DNA of 64,000 nucleotides, taken from NCBI GenBank assembly GCA_965116875.1, contig OZ220733.1, positions 2,496,001 to 2,560,000 of the forward strand, in the 5' to 3' direction. The number at the start of each line of letters is the position of its first letter. Within the stretch, counting starts at the first letter, position 1. The notes below the pieces were generated by a model. It was not told the origin of the DNA, made no database searches, and saw only the letters and a list, made by a program, of their open reading frames with translations. The position numbers were made by a program, and so were the translations under genes. Below are positions 31,313-39,660 of this stretch, piece by piece. The stretch comes from Candidatus Latescibacterota bacterium. Its GTDB lineage: Bacteria; Latescibacterota; UBA2968; GCA-2709665.

Positions 31313-31957
31313 CTACGTTGGTGCAGTAGTGATCGGGCTGATCTTCATTGGTGTTGAGGTCGCGGATCGCGGTTCGAAATACAGATCACCTTCACGACGT
31401 CCTCGCTGGTGACGTACTAGGTAGCCCTCTCGATGGAGATTCACCAACCTATTTGTCGCCGCGGACGGCCTAATCCCCTCCTTCATTGCTAGCTGGGACG
31501 CGGTCACACGCCCGCCCAGTACATTTATGGTATCTAATGTGCCTTTTTCTGTTTCCGTCAATGCACCGACGGGGTTTCCTTCCCTTAAGTCGAACGGTGA
31601 GTGCGAAAGATAGAGCGGCAATTGGTGTGTATGCGCCATGTACCGAATGAAATCGCCTACGCCCGGGTCGGTGGTCGTGATGACAAGCCGGACAATTCCA
31701 TGCTCGCCGCCGCGGATTCGCTGGGCGAGCGGCAGGATCAATTCCTGCAAAGCCGCAGGGGTGTACGCAAATCCCGCCAGATCCAATACAAGTACCTGAG
31801 GATTCTCTGTAAGGTTCAGCATTGTGGCCAAATGATCACGCGCAGTTGCCGCATCTTCTTTTTTGTTAAGAAACCGAGTTGCGTTAAGTCGCGATTCAGA
31901 AGATTCGCGAAATAATCCTGATAGAAACACGATGCCTGCAGTAGGAAACTCGTTCAT
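31313..31957 (-). CDS. STAS-like + winged-HTH (MarR-like) putative regulator
   Basis: VLVLDLAGFAYTPAALQELI (STAS-like); VTASQLAMKEGIRPSAATNRLVNLHREGYLVR (wHTH); start re-set to MNEFPT. Confidence 0.65.
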   Translation of the reverse strand: MNEFPTAGIVFLSGLFRESSESRLNATRFLNKKEDAATARDHLATMLNLTENPQVLVLDLAGFAYTPAALQELILPLAQRIRGGEHGIVRLVITTTDPGVGDFIRYMAHTHQLPLYLSHSPFDLREGNPVGALTETEKGTLDTINVLGGRVTASQLAMKEGIRPSAATNRLVNLHREGYLVRHQRGRREGDLYFEPRSATSTPMKISPITTAPT

Positions 31958-32018
31958 TTGACCGATCCCCCGATGTGGTACTGGTTGCCGTTTAAGTCCC
32001 ACAACGCCCAAAGGGTAC

Positions 32019-33563
32019 TCAAGCAACTTGGGGTGAGTCAACTCCAAAATGGGGGTCGGCTTCCGCTCCATACTTTTCCTTATAGGTTGAGATAAAATCC
32101 CGATCCTCACAAATACAGCTGCCAGTCCCGGCCTTCAAAGCCGGCTGGGGAGAAGGATCGCGTTCCGTTAAGGGTTGCATGACGTCCAGTCTGCGCACAA
32201 GGGTTCTGCGTTGATTACCGTCGGACAGCACGTCGCGCACCGTTTCCGCAGCCAGCAGCACGCCAGCGAGTGCCGACTGGAAAGCAAGCGGTACTTGCAG
32301 TTCTCTAGGTGTGGGTCCGGCTTCTCCGAGTGGTATAATGCCGCCACCACAGATTCCCTCTATCCAAAGCTCATCTATTGGCCTATCTACGTATGGTTCC
32401 ATTGACTCGACTGGAATCGCCCAAGCTGCAGCAACAGCTTCGCAGATCACCTTGCCGGTCGCTTGTCGATCTCCCAACCGAAAGCGAACCTGATCCCTGA
32501 GTTGAGGGATCCTAAGACCTTCAGCGACTAATTGGTCCTGGCTCTTGGATTTCTGGGCTGGCAAGTAAAGGCAGGCTAGGCAGGCGTCACGACCCAAGAA
32601 GGTATGACAAGACACGCCGAGATCGCCGGCTTGGGTCCACCCGTTAACTATCCATCTTGGCAAACTCCCTTGTACAGCTCGCCTGTCATGGGCGGAGTCG
32701 AGGGCAACCAGAACGCGATCCCACGTGTAGCCCTTGGCTACAAGGAAGGATGCCCAGGTACCCAGATGAAGCAACGCCTGTAGCGATCCGTCGAATTTCC
32801 CTCCAACGATTTCAACCTTTTCGCCGCCTTCATCGCCCCGTGCACAAAGTACGTAACGCTGGAGATTGCTGAGCTCCACGACTTGTGGATCTATTAGGTG
32901 GATCTCGCCACTGAGTGGTGTGCGCGTTAGGGCCCACGCCGCGCCATTGCCGACCGCTCCAATGCCGACCAGCGCAAGGGATTCCGTCAGTGTGGTCGCT
33001 GTCAGCTTAGGAAAGCAATCGCCGTAGGGAGGGAAACTGACGTCCGTGTCAAGCAGGGATGCGCCGTTCGGGAGAAAGAGAAATCGAAAAAGGTTAGCTC
33101 CCGCCAGGCAGGCGGCAAAGCCTGCTCCAAAGGGGTTGCCTAGATCGCTGGTATTGTATGGCCCCTCAGTTCCGACCTTAGCCAGCCAGCCATCGCAGCC
33201 AGCGAATAAGGTTGGTGTGTCAATGGTGGGCGCACCCTTGCCGACAGCTAGACCAACATTGGCAGTACCCTTCCTAGACAACTCGATGTTAGGGTTGATG
33301 TTACTGGCCAGTGCCATTAGTTCATCGGCGAGCCGATTGCCCTCAGAAACGGTGGAAAACACCAAAGCCGGGTACAAGCGGGCCGCTAACCTGACAAAGA
33401 GATCAAGAAGCTCGCGTCCGTCTCGACTGTCCGCCGCATCTGCGCCGAATGAAATAGCCACTCGGACACCCTCAAGCTTTTCGGTGAAGGCGTCGATCTG
33501 AAAGCCTTGGAGGACTTGTGAGATGGCGACCGCGTCACGATGAAAGTAATCAGCCAACGACAT
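32019..33563 (-). CDS. bilD: Ubiquitin-activating E1-like (ThiF + Prok-E2_C-type N-terminal domain), Bil-type E1
   Basis: LVGIGAVGNG nucleotide loop, IDPQVVELSNLQRY, ALDS..DRR, CLAC, ICGG candidate catalytic Cys, C-terminal CIC. Confidence 0.82.
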   Translation of the reverse strand: MSLADYFHRDAVAISQVLQGFQIDAFTEKLEGVRVAISFGADAADSRDGRELLDLFVRLAARLYPALVFSTVSEGNRLADELMALASNINPNIELSRKGTANVGLAVGKGAPTIDTPTLFAGCDGWLAKVGTEGPYNTSDLGNPFGAGFAACLAGANLFRFLFLPNGASLLDTDVSFPPYGDCFPKLTATTLTESLALVGIGAVGNGAAWALTRTPLSGEIHLIDPQVVELSNLQRYVLCARGDEGGEKVEIVGGKFDGSLQALLHLGTWASFLVAKGYTWDRVLVALDSAHDRRAVQGSLPRWIVNGWTQAGDLGVSCHTFLGRDACLACLYLPAQKSKSQDQLVAEGLRIPQLRDQVRFRLGDRQATGKVICEAVAAAWAIPVESMEPYVDRPIDELWIEGICGGGIIPLGEAGPTPRELQVPLAFQSALAGVLLAAETVRDVLSDGNQRRTLVRRLDVMQPLTERDPSPQPALKAGTGSCICEDRDFISTYKEKYGAEADPHFGVDSPQVA

Positions 33564-33565
33564 CT

Positions 33566-34042
33566 CTAACAGACCTCTATAAGATTACTTAGTGAAGGGC
33601 TTATTTCGAGCCACCCGTATTTTCCGAGACGATAAGCGGCAATACCACTTGATCCCCAACCGTCGCGCCCGAAGTTGGGAAGAACGATGGATAGGCTACC
33701 GACCAAGGTGGTTATCGGGAAGGTCTCGTCGGTTTTTGAGTGATAGGCATCCGTTGGATGGCCGTGGACCTGTACGCCTATTACCTGCTTTGCCTCGTAA
33801 AGCCACACGTTCAAACGATGCAATTCGGAGCCGTCAACTCGTACGCAGAGACCTGAATCAAGTTTGTAGGAGACTTGGTCCGGGATATGCACATTGGCGA
33901 CGTTAAAAGTGTCGTGATCACGTGTACCTGACCAGACTACGAACAGCTCGTATCCATCCTCGCCCGCCGAAAGAATCGCCTCCACGGTTTCGCGTATGTA
34001 ACAGGCCGGGATTCGAAAACGCCGCACGCCTATTAGGTTCAC
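33566..34042 (-). CDS. bilC: JAB/MPN metallopeptidase (deubiquitinase/Ubl-processing)
   Basis: GYEL...QVHGHPTDAYHSKTD (E..HxHx7Sx2D); GTG start overlapping the E2 stop (GTGA). Confidence 0.82.
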   Translation of the reverse strand: MNLIGVRRFRIPACYIRETVEAILSAGEDGYELFVVWSGTRDHDTFNVANVHIPDQVSYKLDSGLCVRVDGSELHRLNVWLYEAKQVIGVQVHGHPTDAYHSKTDETFPITTLVGSLSIVLPNFGRDGWGSSGIAAYRLGKYGWLEISPSLSNLIEVC

Positions 34043-34644
34043 TGAGGCGCCTCCGAAACAGCAAAGGAGATCTGTGGTACAAGGTTGACACCCAAGTCGG
34101 TCACTGGTTCGAGGCCGTATTTGGAAATCACGCCCAAGAGGCGAACCAGACGACCACCGCCTGCGATCCTGTGAATTTCCCAATGGTCTCCGGAGTGGCC
34201 TGGGTGGTCGTGGTACTCCTTGACCCCTGCCACACAGAGGAAGGGTAGGTCTTCGGGGGAATAAGCTTGCATCAGGTCCTGCACCCTAGTACTTCGCATC
34301 TTAGTGCCGTCGGGCATGACCACCTCCGGCCCAAGGATCGTTTGAGGGAGACGTGTTGGGAGCTCTTTGAATACAAGGGATCGTCCAGAGAATGGATCGA
34401 TCAGACGAACCGAAGGCGGCTCAACATCATAGTTCGTATAGTCAAATTGGACGGCCGTCACAATCGTCGGTGGGCTTGTTTTTTTTGAAGCCAGAACAAC
34501 GACTGCCACGGGCCATTGTGCCTTCACGAGAAACCAGCCGCGAGCGTGATAGTCAGCCTCGAGGGACCGGAAGTCGGCGATCTCCCGCTCAAACTTCGCC
34601 TGTGACACTACCGGGTCGACATACTGTTCGGCTTCACTAGCCAT
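34039..34644 (-). CDS. bilB: E2-like conjugating protein (Metal_CEHH-type)
   Basis: FDYTNYDVEPPSVRLIDP, FLCVAGVKEYHDHPGHSGDHW; lies between Ubl and JAB. Confidence 0.78.
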   Translation of the reverse strand: MASEAEQYVDPVVSQAKFEREIADFRSLEADYHARGWFLVKAQWPVAVVVLASKKTSPPTIVTAVQFDYTNYDVEPPSVRLIDPFSGRSLVFKELPTRLPQTILGPEVVMPDGTKMRSTRVQDLMQAYSPEDLPFLCVAGVKEYHDHPGHSGDHWEIHRIAGGGRLVRLLGVISKYGLEPVTDLGVNLVPQISFAVSEAPQ

Positions 34645-34903
34645 GGCCGCCCACCCCGGCTTTGAGATTAAGGAAAAGGCGAACCTTTTCATCAAAGCCA
34701 TAGTCCTCGATCTTTTTGTCCAGGTCGAGCAGGTTTCCATCGGCGTCACGGAGTTCCCAGTTTTCTGGCGGCTGGCCGGAGTTTGCTGTTTGTCGCAAGG
34801 CATCCGGAATGATCGCGCGGAGTGGATCATCCTCGACAGCATCGACGACCGTGGGTTGTCCGTTGACGACCACTGTAATCGAGATTTTCTTTGGAATGGA
34901 CAT
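34637..34903 (-). CDS. bilA: Ubiquitin-like protein (DUF2604-type) with GG plus 2-aa extension
   Basis: 88-aa beta-grasp-like ITVVVNGQP...NWELRDADG..LD..KIEDYG..LFLNLKAGVGG-HG; AGGAG RBS. Confidence 0.82.
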   Translation of the reverse strand: MSIPKKISITVVVNGQPTVVDAVEDDPLRAIIPDALRQTANSGQPPENWELRDADGNLLDLDKKIEDYGFDEKVRLFLNLKAGVGGHG

Positions 34904-34958
34904 CGATTGGTCTCCTTAAATGTGGACATCGGCTGATCCTGTTGGCAACGACATTTCA

Positions 34959-34987
34959 AATATAATACACGGAATTCATTAAATCAA
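34959..34987 (-). promoter_or_regulatory. Sigma70-like promoter of the Ubl operon
   Basis: TTGATT-17 bp-TATATT on the minus strand, 55 bp upstream of the Ubl start. Confidence 0.55.
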
Positions 34988-35217
34988 GTGAAATTTGTGA
35001 CAAGCGGGATGATCAGAGGAAAATCGTCGGCCCGCGACTACCGCTTGCACCATTCACGCGAATGTCGGTACGCCTCGATCGAGGCGTACCGACCTCGATT
35101 CAAACACGTCGCCAGGTAAGTCTTCGTCGCCCGTGATGGACCCTCGCGTACTTACTATCCAGCGAATTGCCTTATACCGATGTTTTCCCGAAATTCCCGA
35201 TATTTGCTGCATAGACC

Positions 35218-36357
35218 CTACATTCTGGCCAACGCCTTCGCGAAGTCCGCGCACAGATCCTCCGCGGCCTCGATGCCGCACGCCACGCGGACCAGGCCGT
35301 CGGTTATGCCCAGACCCGCCCGATCTTCCGGGCTCATGCCGCTGTGCGAGGTGGCGGCCGGACGGGTAATGAGGGTTTCGACGCCGCCGAGACTGGGGGC
35401 CGTTACCGGCAGCGTCAGCCCGGACAGCAATCGTTTGGCCGACGCCACGCCGCCGTGCAGTTCGAAGCTCAGCACCCCGCCCGCTCCGGATAACAACCGC
35501 TGTGCCCGTTCGTATTGCGGATGGCTCTCCAGCCCGGGATAGTTCACCCGCGCCACCTGCTCCTGTCCGGTCAAAAATTCCGCCAGGCGCAGACCGTTCT
35601 CATTGTGCTGGCGCATTCTGAGCGCCAGTGTCTTCATGCCCCGTTGCAGCAGAAAACAGGCGTGCGTATCCAGCGAACCGCCCAGATGATTCAGCTTGTG
35701 TCTGATGGTCTCGACGTGTGCGGAGGACCCCGTGATCGCGCCCGCGACCAGGTCTGAGTGACCGTTCAGGTACTTGGTGGCGCTGTGCAGTTCGATATCA
35801 AACCCGATTTCCAGCGGGCGGAAATTGCACGGAGAGGCAAAGGTATTGTCGATCAGGGAGACCAGCCCGTTTTCCCGGGCGAACGCCACGACGGCCTCCA
35901 GATCGGCGACCTCCAACAACGGGTTGGTCATGGTCTCCACGTAAATCGCCCGGGTTTCCGGTCGGAGCTTCCCCGCCCACGTCTCCGGCGCGTTCCCGGC
36001 GATGAAGTCGAAGCTCATCCCCAGGCGCGGCGCATCCTGCGTCACAAAATTGTGCGTGCCCCCGTAGAGACAGTCCTGGATCAGCAGATGATCACCGCTT
36101 TCGAGTACGGCTATCAATGCCGTGGTGATGGCGGCCATCCCGGAGCCGGTGACGAGCGCGTCCTCACCGCCGCAGACCGCGGCCAGCTTGGCATGCAGTG
36201 CGCGGTGATTGGGTGTGTTGTTCAGGCGGAGATAGCGGATGGCGTTGTAGTCCTGCTCGTCCTGCGACACAAAGGTCGAGCTCTGGAAGATCGGCAGCAC
36301 CACGGCGCCCTCGATGCGCTCCTCGCCGGCGTGAATGAGACGGGTTTGGATATCCAT
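35218..36357 (-). CDS. PLP-dependent trans-sulfuration enzyme (cystathionine gamma-synthase/lyase family)
   Basis: SGMAAI, YGGT, ETMTNP, DNTFASP, HSATKYLNGHSD, SLGGVETL. Confidence 0.92.
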   Translation of the reverse strand: MDIQTRLIHAGEERIEGAVVLPIFQSSTFVSQDEQDYNAIRYLRLNNTPNHRALHAKLAAVCGGEDALVTGSGMAAITTALIAVLESGDHLLIQDCLYGGTHNFVTQDAPRLGMSFDFIAGNAPETWAGKLRPETRAIYVETMTNPLLEVADLEAVVAFARENGLVSLIDNTFASPCNFRPLEIGFDIELHSATKYLNGHSDLVAGAITGSSAHVETIRHKLNHLGGSLDTHACFLLQRGMKTLALRMRQHNENGLRLAEFLTGQEQVARVNYPGLESHPQYERAQRLLSGAGGVLSFELHGGVASAKRLLSGLTLPVTAPSLGGVETLITRPAATSHSGMSPEDRAGLGITDGLVRVACGIEAAEDLCADFAKALARM

Positions 36358-36660
36358 GCACGTTTCCTCGGGAAATTACAGCGTGACTTCTGCGCAAAAT
36401 GGATGCATGTATTCTGAGCAATACAGTAATCGTGGACCGACATGAATAGGCAGGATGAGCAGGATGCGGGCCAACGGCAGTACAACCCGAAAAAGCGAGT
36501 ATTGTTCCCGGATCGAGGAGGGAATCCATTACCCGCGGTGCGTCCGACGTCATGGTGACCGCCCCGATCCGACACCGACAGTGACGGACACGATTTTGCG
36601 GCCGGTCCGTCGTCGAACCCATTGTACCGTTTAACGCATTCATCGCAAAAAGGAAAAACC

Positions 36661-38076
36661 ATGCCTGAGACTGACCATTTGCAAGCCGGAGCGGCGATGG
36701 TTGACATCACGCCGCCATTGAGGACGCATCTGGCCGGAAGCGGGGCCGGTGAGCACCGACCGGCCGAGACCGTTTTGGATCCGCTCTTTGCAAAAGCCAT
36801 CGTCTTCGAAGCCGATGGGCGGCGCGTCTGCATGGTGATCCTGGATCTGACAATTGTCACCCAGGACTATACGAACCGGATCCGCGCCGCCATCCGCGAG
36901 CGCACGGGCATCCCGCCGGAGGCGATCATGGTCCAGGCGACCCAGACGCACTCCGCCCCGAGCCTGGGCTACTTTATGCTGGATCCGGATTTCCCGCTGG
37001 AGACCAGCGAGGCGACGGAGTACCTGCGCGGGGCCGAACGCGCCTACGGCGACCGCGCGGCGGCCGCCGCGGTGGAGGCAGCCGTCGCTGCGGCGGGCAG
37101 GCTGCAACCCGCCCGCATCGGCCTGGGGCGCGGCGTGTTGGGGGACCTGGCGTTCAATCGCCGCGGCATCCGACGGGACGGAACCATCACCATGCCCGCC
37201 CCCCTGGGCCGGGAAGAAAGGCCGTTCGGAAACACGGACGTCTGTTATCTCGAAGGTCCGATGGACCCGGAGGTCGGCGTGTGCTGCGTCCAGGACCTGG
37301 AGAAACGGCCGCTGGCTTTTCTCCTGCACTACACCTGTCACCCGGTCAATGCGTTCAGTAATCGCGACACCTATCGGGCTGTGTCGGCGGATTGGCCCGG
37401 CGCATGGACGCGGGAGATGCAGCAGGTGTTCGGCCCGGACGCGGTGCCGCTGGTCGTCAACGGCTGCTGCGGCAACATCAACCCCAGGCATCCCTTCGAT
37501 TCGGATTATCGGCCGGACCACAGGAGAATGGGGCGCGAACTGGCCGGGATGACCGAACGAATCGTCCACAGTATGGCGTTTGACAAAGAAGCCGCGCTGG
37601 CATTCAACGTCGAAAACGTCCGGCTGCCCTTCCGGGAGATTCCGGCAAAGCGACTGCGCGAGGTCGAAGCGATCCTGTGCGAGAGTCCCGAACCGTCGCG
37701 CGGAGCAAATGGCCAGGTGGACCCGCACTGGTTCCGGGCGGCGTCGACCCGAAGCGTCGAACTGTGTCGGCAGCGGGACGCCGCGTTCCCCTACGAAATC
37801 CAGGCGTTCCGCATCGGCGGCATGTGCGTTATCGGCCTACCCGGAGAGCCGTTTGTGGAAGGACAACTCGCACTCAAGACGAACTCGACGGCGCCGTATC
37901 TTTTCCCGGCGCACCTCACGTCGCACTACGTCGGCTACCTCCCCACGCGGGAGGCCTATGCACGGGGCGGACACGAGGCCAACGAAGACGTGACCTACTG
38001 GGCCAAACTCGCGCCGGGCTGCCTTGAAACCGTGGTGGGTCGGGGTCGCGCACTACTGGAAGATCTGTTCTCGTGA
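36661..38076 (+). CDS. Neutral/alkaline ceramidase-like protein
   Basis: VDITPP, DPLFAKA, ATQTHSAP, YTCHP, SADWPG, GCCGNINP, LPGEPF, GYLPT. Confidence 0.82.
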   Translation: MPETDHLQAGAAMVDITPPLRTHLAGSGAGEHRPAETVLDPLFAKAIVFEADGRRVCMVILDLTIVTQDYTNRIRAAIRERTGIPPEAIMVQATQTHSAPSLGYFMLDPDFPLETSEATEYLRGAERAYGDRAAAAAVEAAVAAAGRLQPARIGLGRGVLGDLAFNRRGIRRDGTITMPAPLGREERPFGNTDVCYLEGPMDPEVGVCCVQDLEKRPLAFLLHYTCHPVNAFSNRDTYRAVSADWPGAWTREMQQVFGPDAVPLVVNGCCGNINPRHPFDSDYRPDHRRMGRELAGMTERIVHSMAFDKEAALAFNVENVRLPFREIPAKRLREVEAILCESPEPSRGANGQVDPHWFRAASTRSVELCRQRDAAFPYEIQAFRIGGMCVIGLPGEPFVEGQLALKTNSTAPYLFPAHLTSHYVGYLPTREAYARGGHEANEDVTYWAKLAPGCLETVVGRGRALLEDLFS

Positions 38077-38132
38077 GGGATTCAACGAATGTGCTGCCGC
38101 ACACGGGAAATTTGAACAAAAGGGATGAACCG

Positions 38133-38609
38133 ATGCAGAAGATCGTTACCAATCTGTGGTTTGACGGCCGGGTGGAGGAAGCGCTCGAACTCTACACGTC
38201 CTGCTTCGAAGACGCGCGCGTTACGAAAATCACACGCTACACAGAAGCCGGCATGGGCAATGCGGGCGATATCATGACCGCAGAATTCGTACTGGCGGGG
38301 CAGGCGTTCTGCATCATCAACGGCGGTCCCATGTACACACACAGCCCCGCAATGTCGCTGGCGATCAACTGTGTTGATCAGGACGAGGTGGATACACTCT
38401 GGGAACGTTTGACATCCGATGGCGGCGAGGAAGGCCGATGCGGCTGGCTCACCGACCGCTTCGGCGTCTCCTGGCAGATCGTTCCCACCGCGCTGGGCGA
38501 AATGATGGCCAGCGACGATGCGGCGGCGGTCGAACGCGTCACCGCGGCATTTCTGAATATGAACAAGCTGGAGATCGCCAGGTTGGAGAAGGCGTTCCGC
38601 AATGAGTAA
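38133..38609 (+). CDS. PhnB-like / 3-demethylubiquinone-9 methyltransferase-like VOC protein
   Basis: MQKIVTNLWFD, NGGP, CGWLTDRFGVSWQIVP. Confidence 0.9.
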   Translation: MQKIVTNLWFDGRVEEALELYTSCFEDARVTKITRYTEAGMGNAGDIMTAEFVLAGQAFCIINGGPMYTHSPAMSLAINCVDQDEVDTLWERLTSDGGEEGRCGWLTDRFGVSWQIVPTALGEMMASDDAAAVERVTAAFLNMNKLEIARLEKAFRNE

Positions 38610-38771
38610 GAAGCTGTTTTAAAATTACCGGTGAGTTCCCGAGCGCGAGCGAAAAAGCGGCGGTCAAGGCGGGCAAATCCGCCCATATTTGTTTATACGG
38701 GTGGGTTTGACCAACGCCGACCGGCGCTTTTGCAGCCGTGCGAAGACCGCTGGGAGTTTTAAGACAGCTTC
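38610..38771. mobile_element. 162-bp MITE with terminal inverted repeats, inserted at the TAA stop codon of the upstream gene
   Basis: TAA-GAAGCTGTTTTAAAATT...AGTTTTAAGACAGCTTC-TAA. Confidence 0.75.
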
Positions 38772-38889
38772 TAAGCCGTTCCAGACCGTCACAAGCCGCC
38801 CGTCGCCTTTGCCCGGCTGGCTGCGGGCGCCGATTCAGTCAAGATTTCAATCGACATCACACCTGTCCAAAATCGTCTTTTCCAACCGA

Positions 38890-39111
38890 TATCACGACAT
38901 GATCCACCTGCAACCGGAGCGAGGGCATCCTGCCCTCGAACTTCGCGTTACCTACCCCTGTTCGCGTCGAGAGACTGACGGGTCCAATTAATCCGACACC
39001 GGGTCACGGAAAACACCGTGTGCGACGAGTTATCCGACGTCGAGGGCAGGATGCCCTCGCTCCCGGGAACGCCACCCCACCGGTCCCAAATCGGTTTCTG
39101 TCCTGGACAGC
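38890..39111. repeat. REPIN-like element copy 1 (inverted pair of GAGCGAGGGCATCCTGCCCTCG)
   Basis: REPs at 38914-38938 and 39041-39066; arms and flanks shared with 43820-44011. Confidence 0.8.
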
Positions 39112-39247
39112 CGTGGCCAAAAGAAGGTGACCTGCATTGGCACTTCGAAACAATTTTCAAGAAAAACAGATACTTACGCATTCAGCATCGTCTTTTTCAA
39201 ACTATCTTGGACAGCAGTGAATCGACATCAAGGGGGAGGACGTACGT

Positions 39248-39622
39248 ATGACCGGGAGTGACCGCTACGAAGCAGGCCGCAGAGTTCTCTCGAAGATGCT
39301 CGGAAAGGCCGCTGCGGAGGCCTCCGCCGAGAAGATGCGCAACCTTCATCCGGAGTTCGAGCGACTCGTGATGGAACAGGTGATGCATGACCTGTATGGA
39401 CGCGACGGGCTGGACGTCAAGACCCGTCTGCTATGCACGATCGCGGCCTTGACGGTTCTCGGCAGGCCGCAACAACTTGCTGTCCACATCGATCGGGCCG
39501 TGGGTTGCGGATCCACGAGGACGGAGATCGAAGAGGTCATGTTGCAGATGAGCGCTTTCGGCGGATTTCCGGCGACCTGGGATGCACTGACCGTTCTCCG
39601 GGGTCAGAACCGGGAGGAATAG
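39248..39622 (+). CDS. Carboxymuconolactone decarboxylase family protein
   Basis: GLDVKTRLLCTIAAL, QLAVHI..A..G..EIEEV..GFPA. Confidence 0.88.
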   Translation: MTGSDRYEAGRRVLSKMLGKAAAEASAEKMRNLHPEFERLVMEQVMHDLYGRDGLDVKTRLLCTIAALTVLGRPQQLAVHIDRAVGCGSTRTEIEEVMLQMSAFGGFPATWDALTVLRGQNREE

Positions 39623-39660
39623 TCAGATCCGTTTGAGCTGGACGGCCCCAGTCCGCGTGT

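Noticed and set aside
35054-35200. Possible PIN-toxin remnant (ITGDEDL)
   Set aside because: Only one short motif; no supporting ORF context
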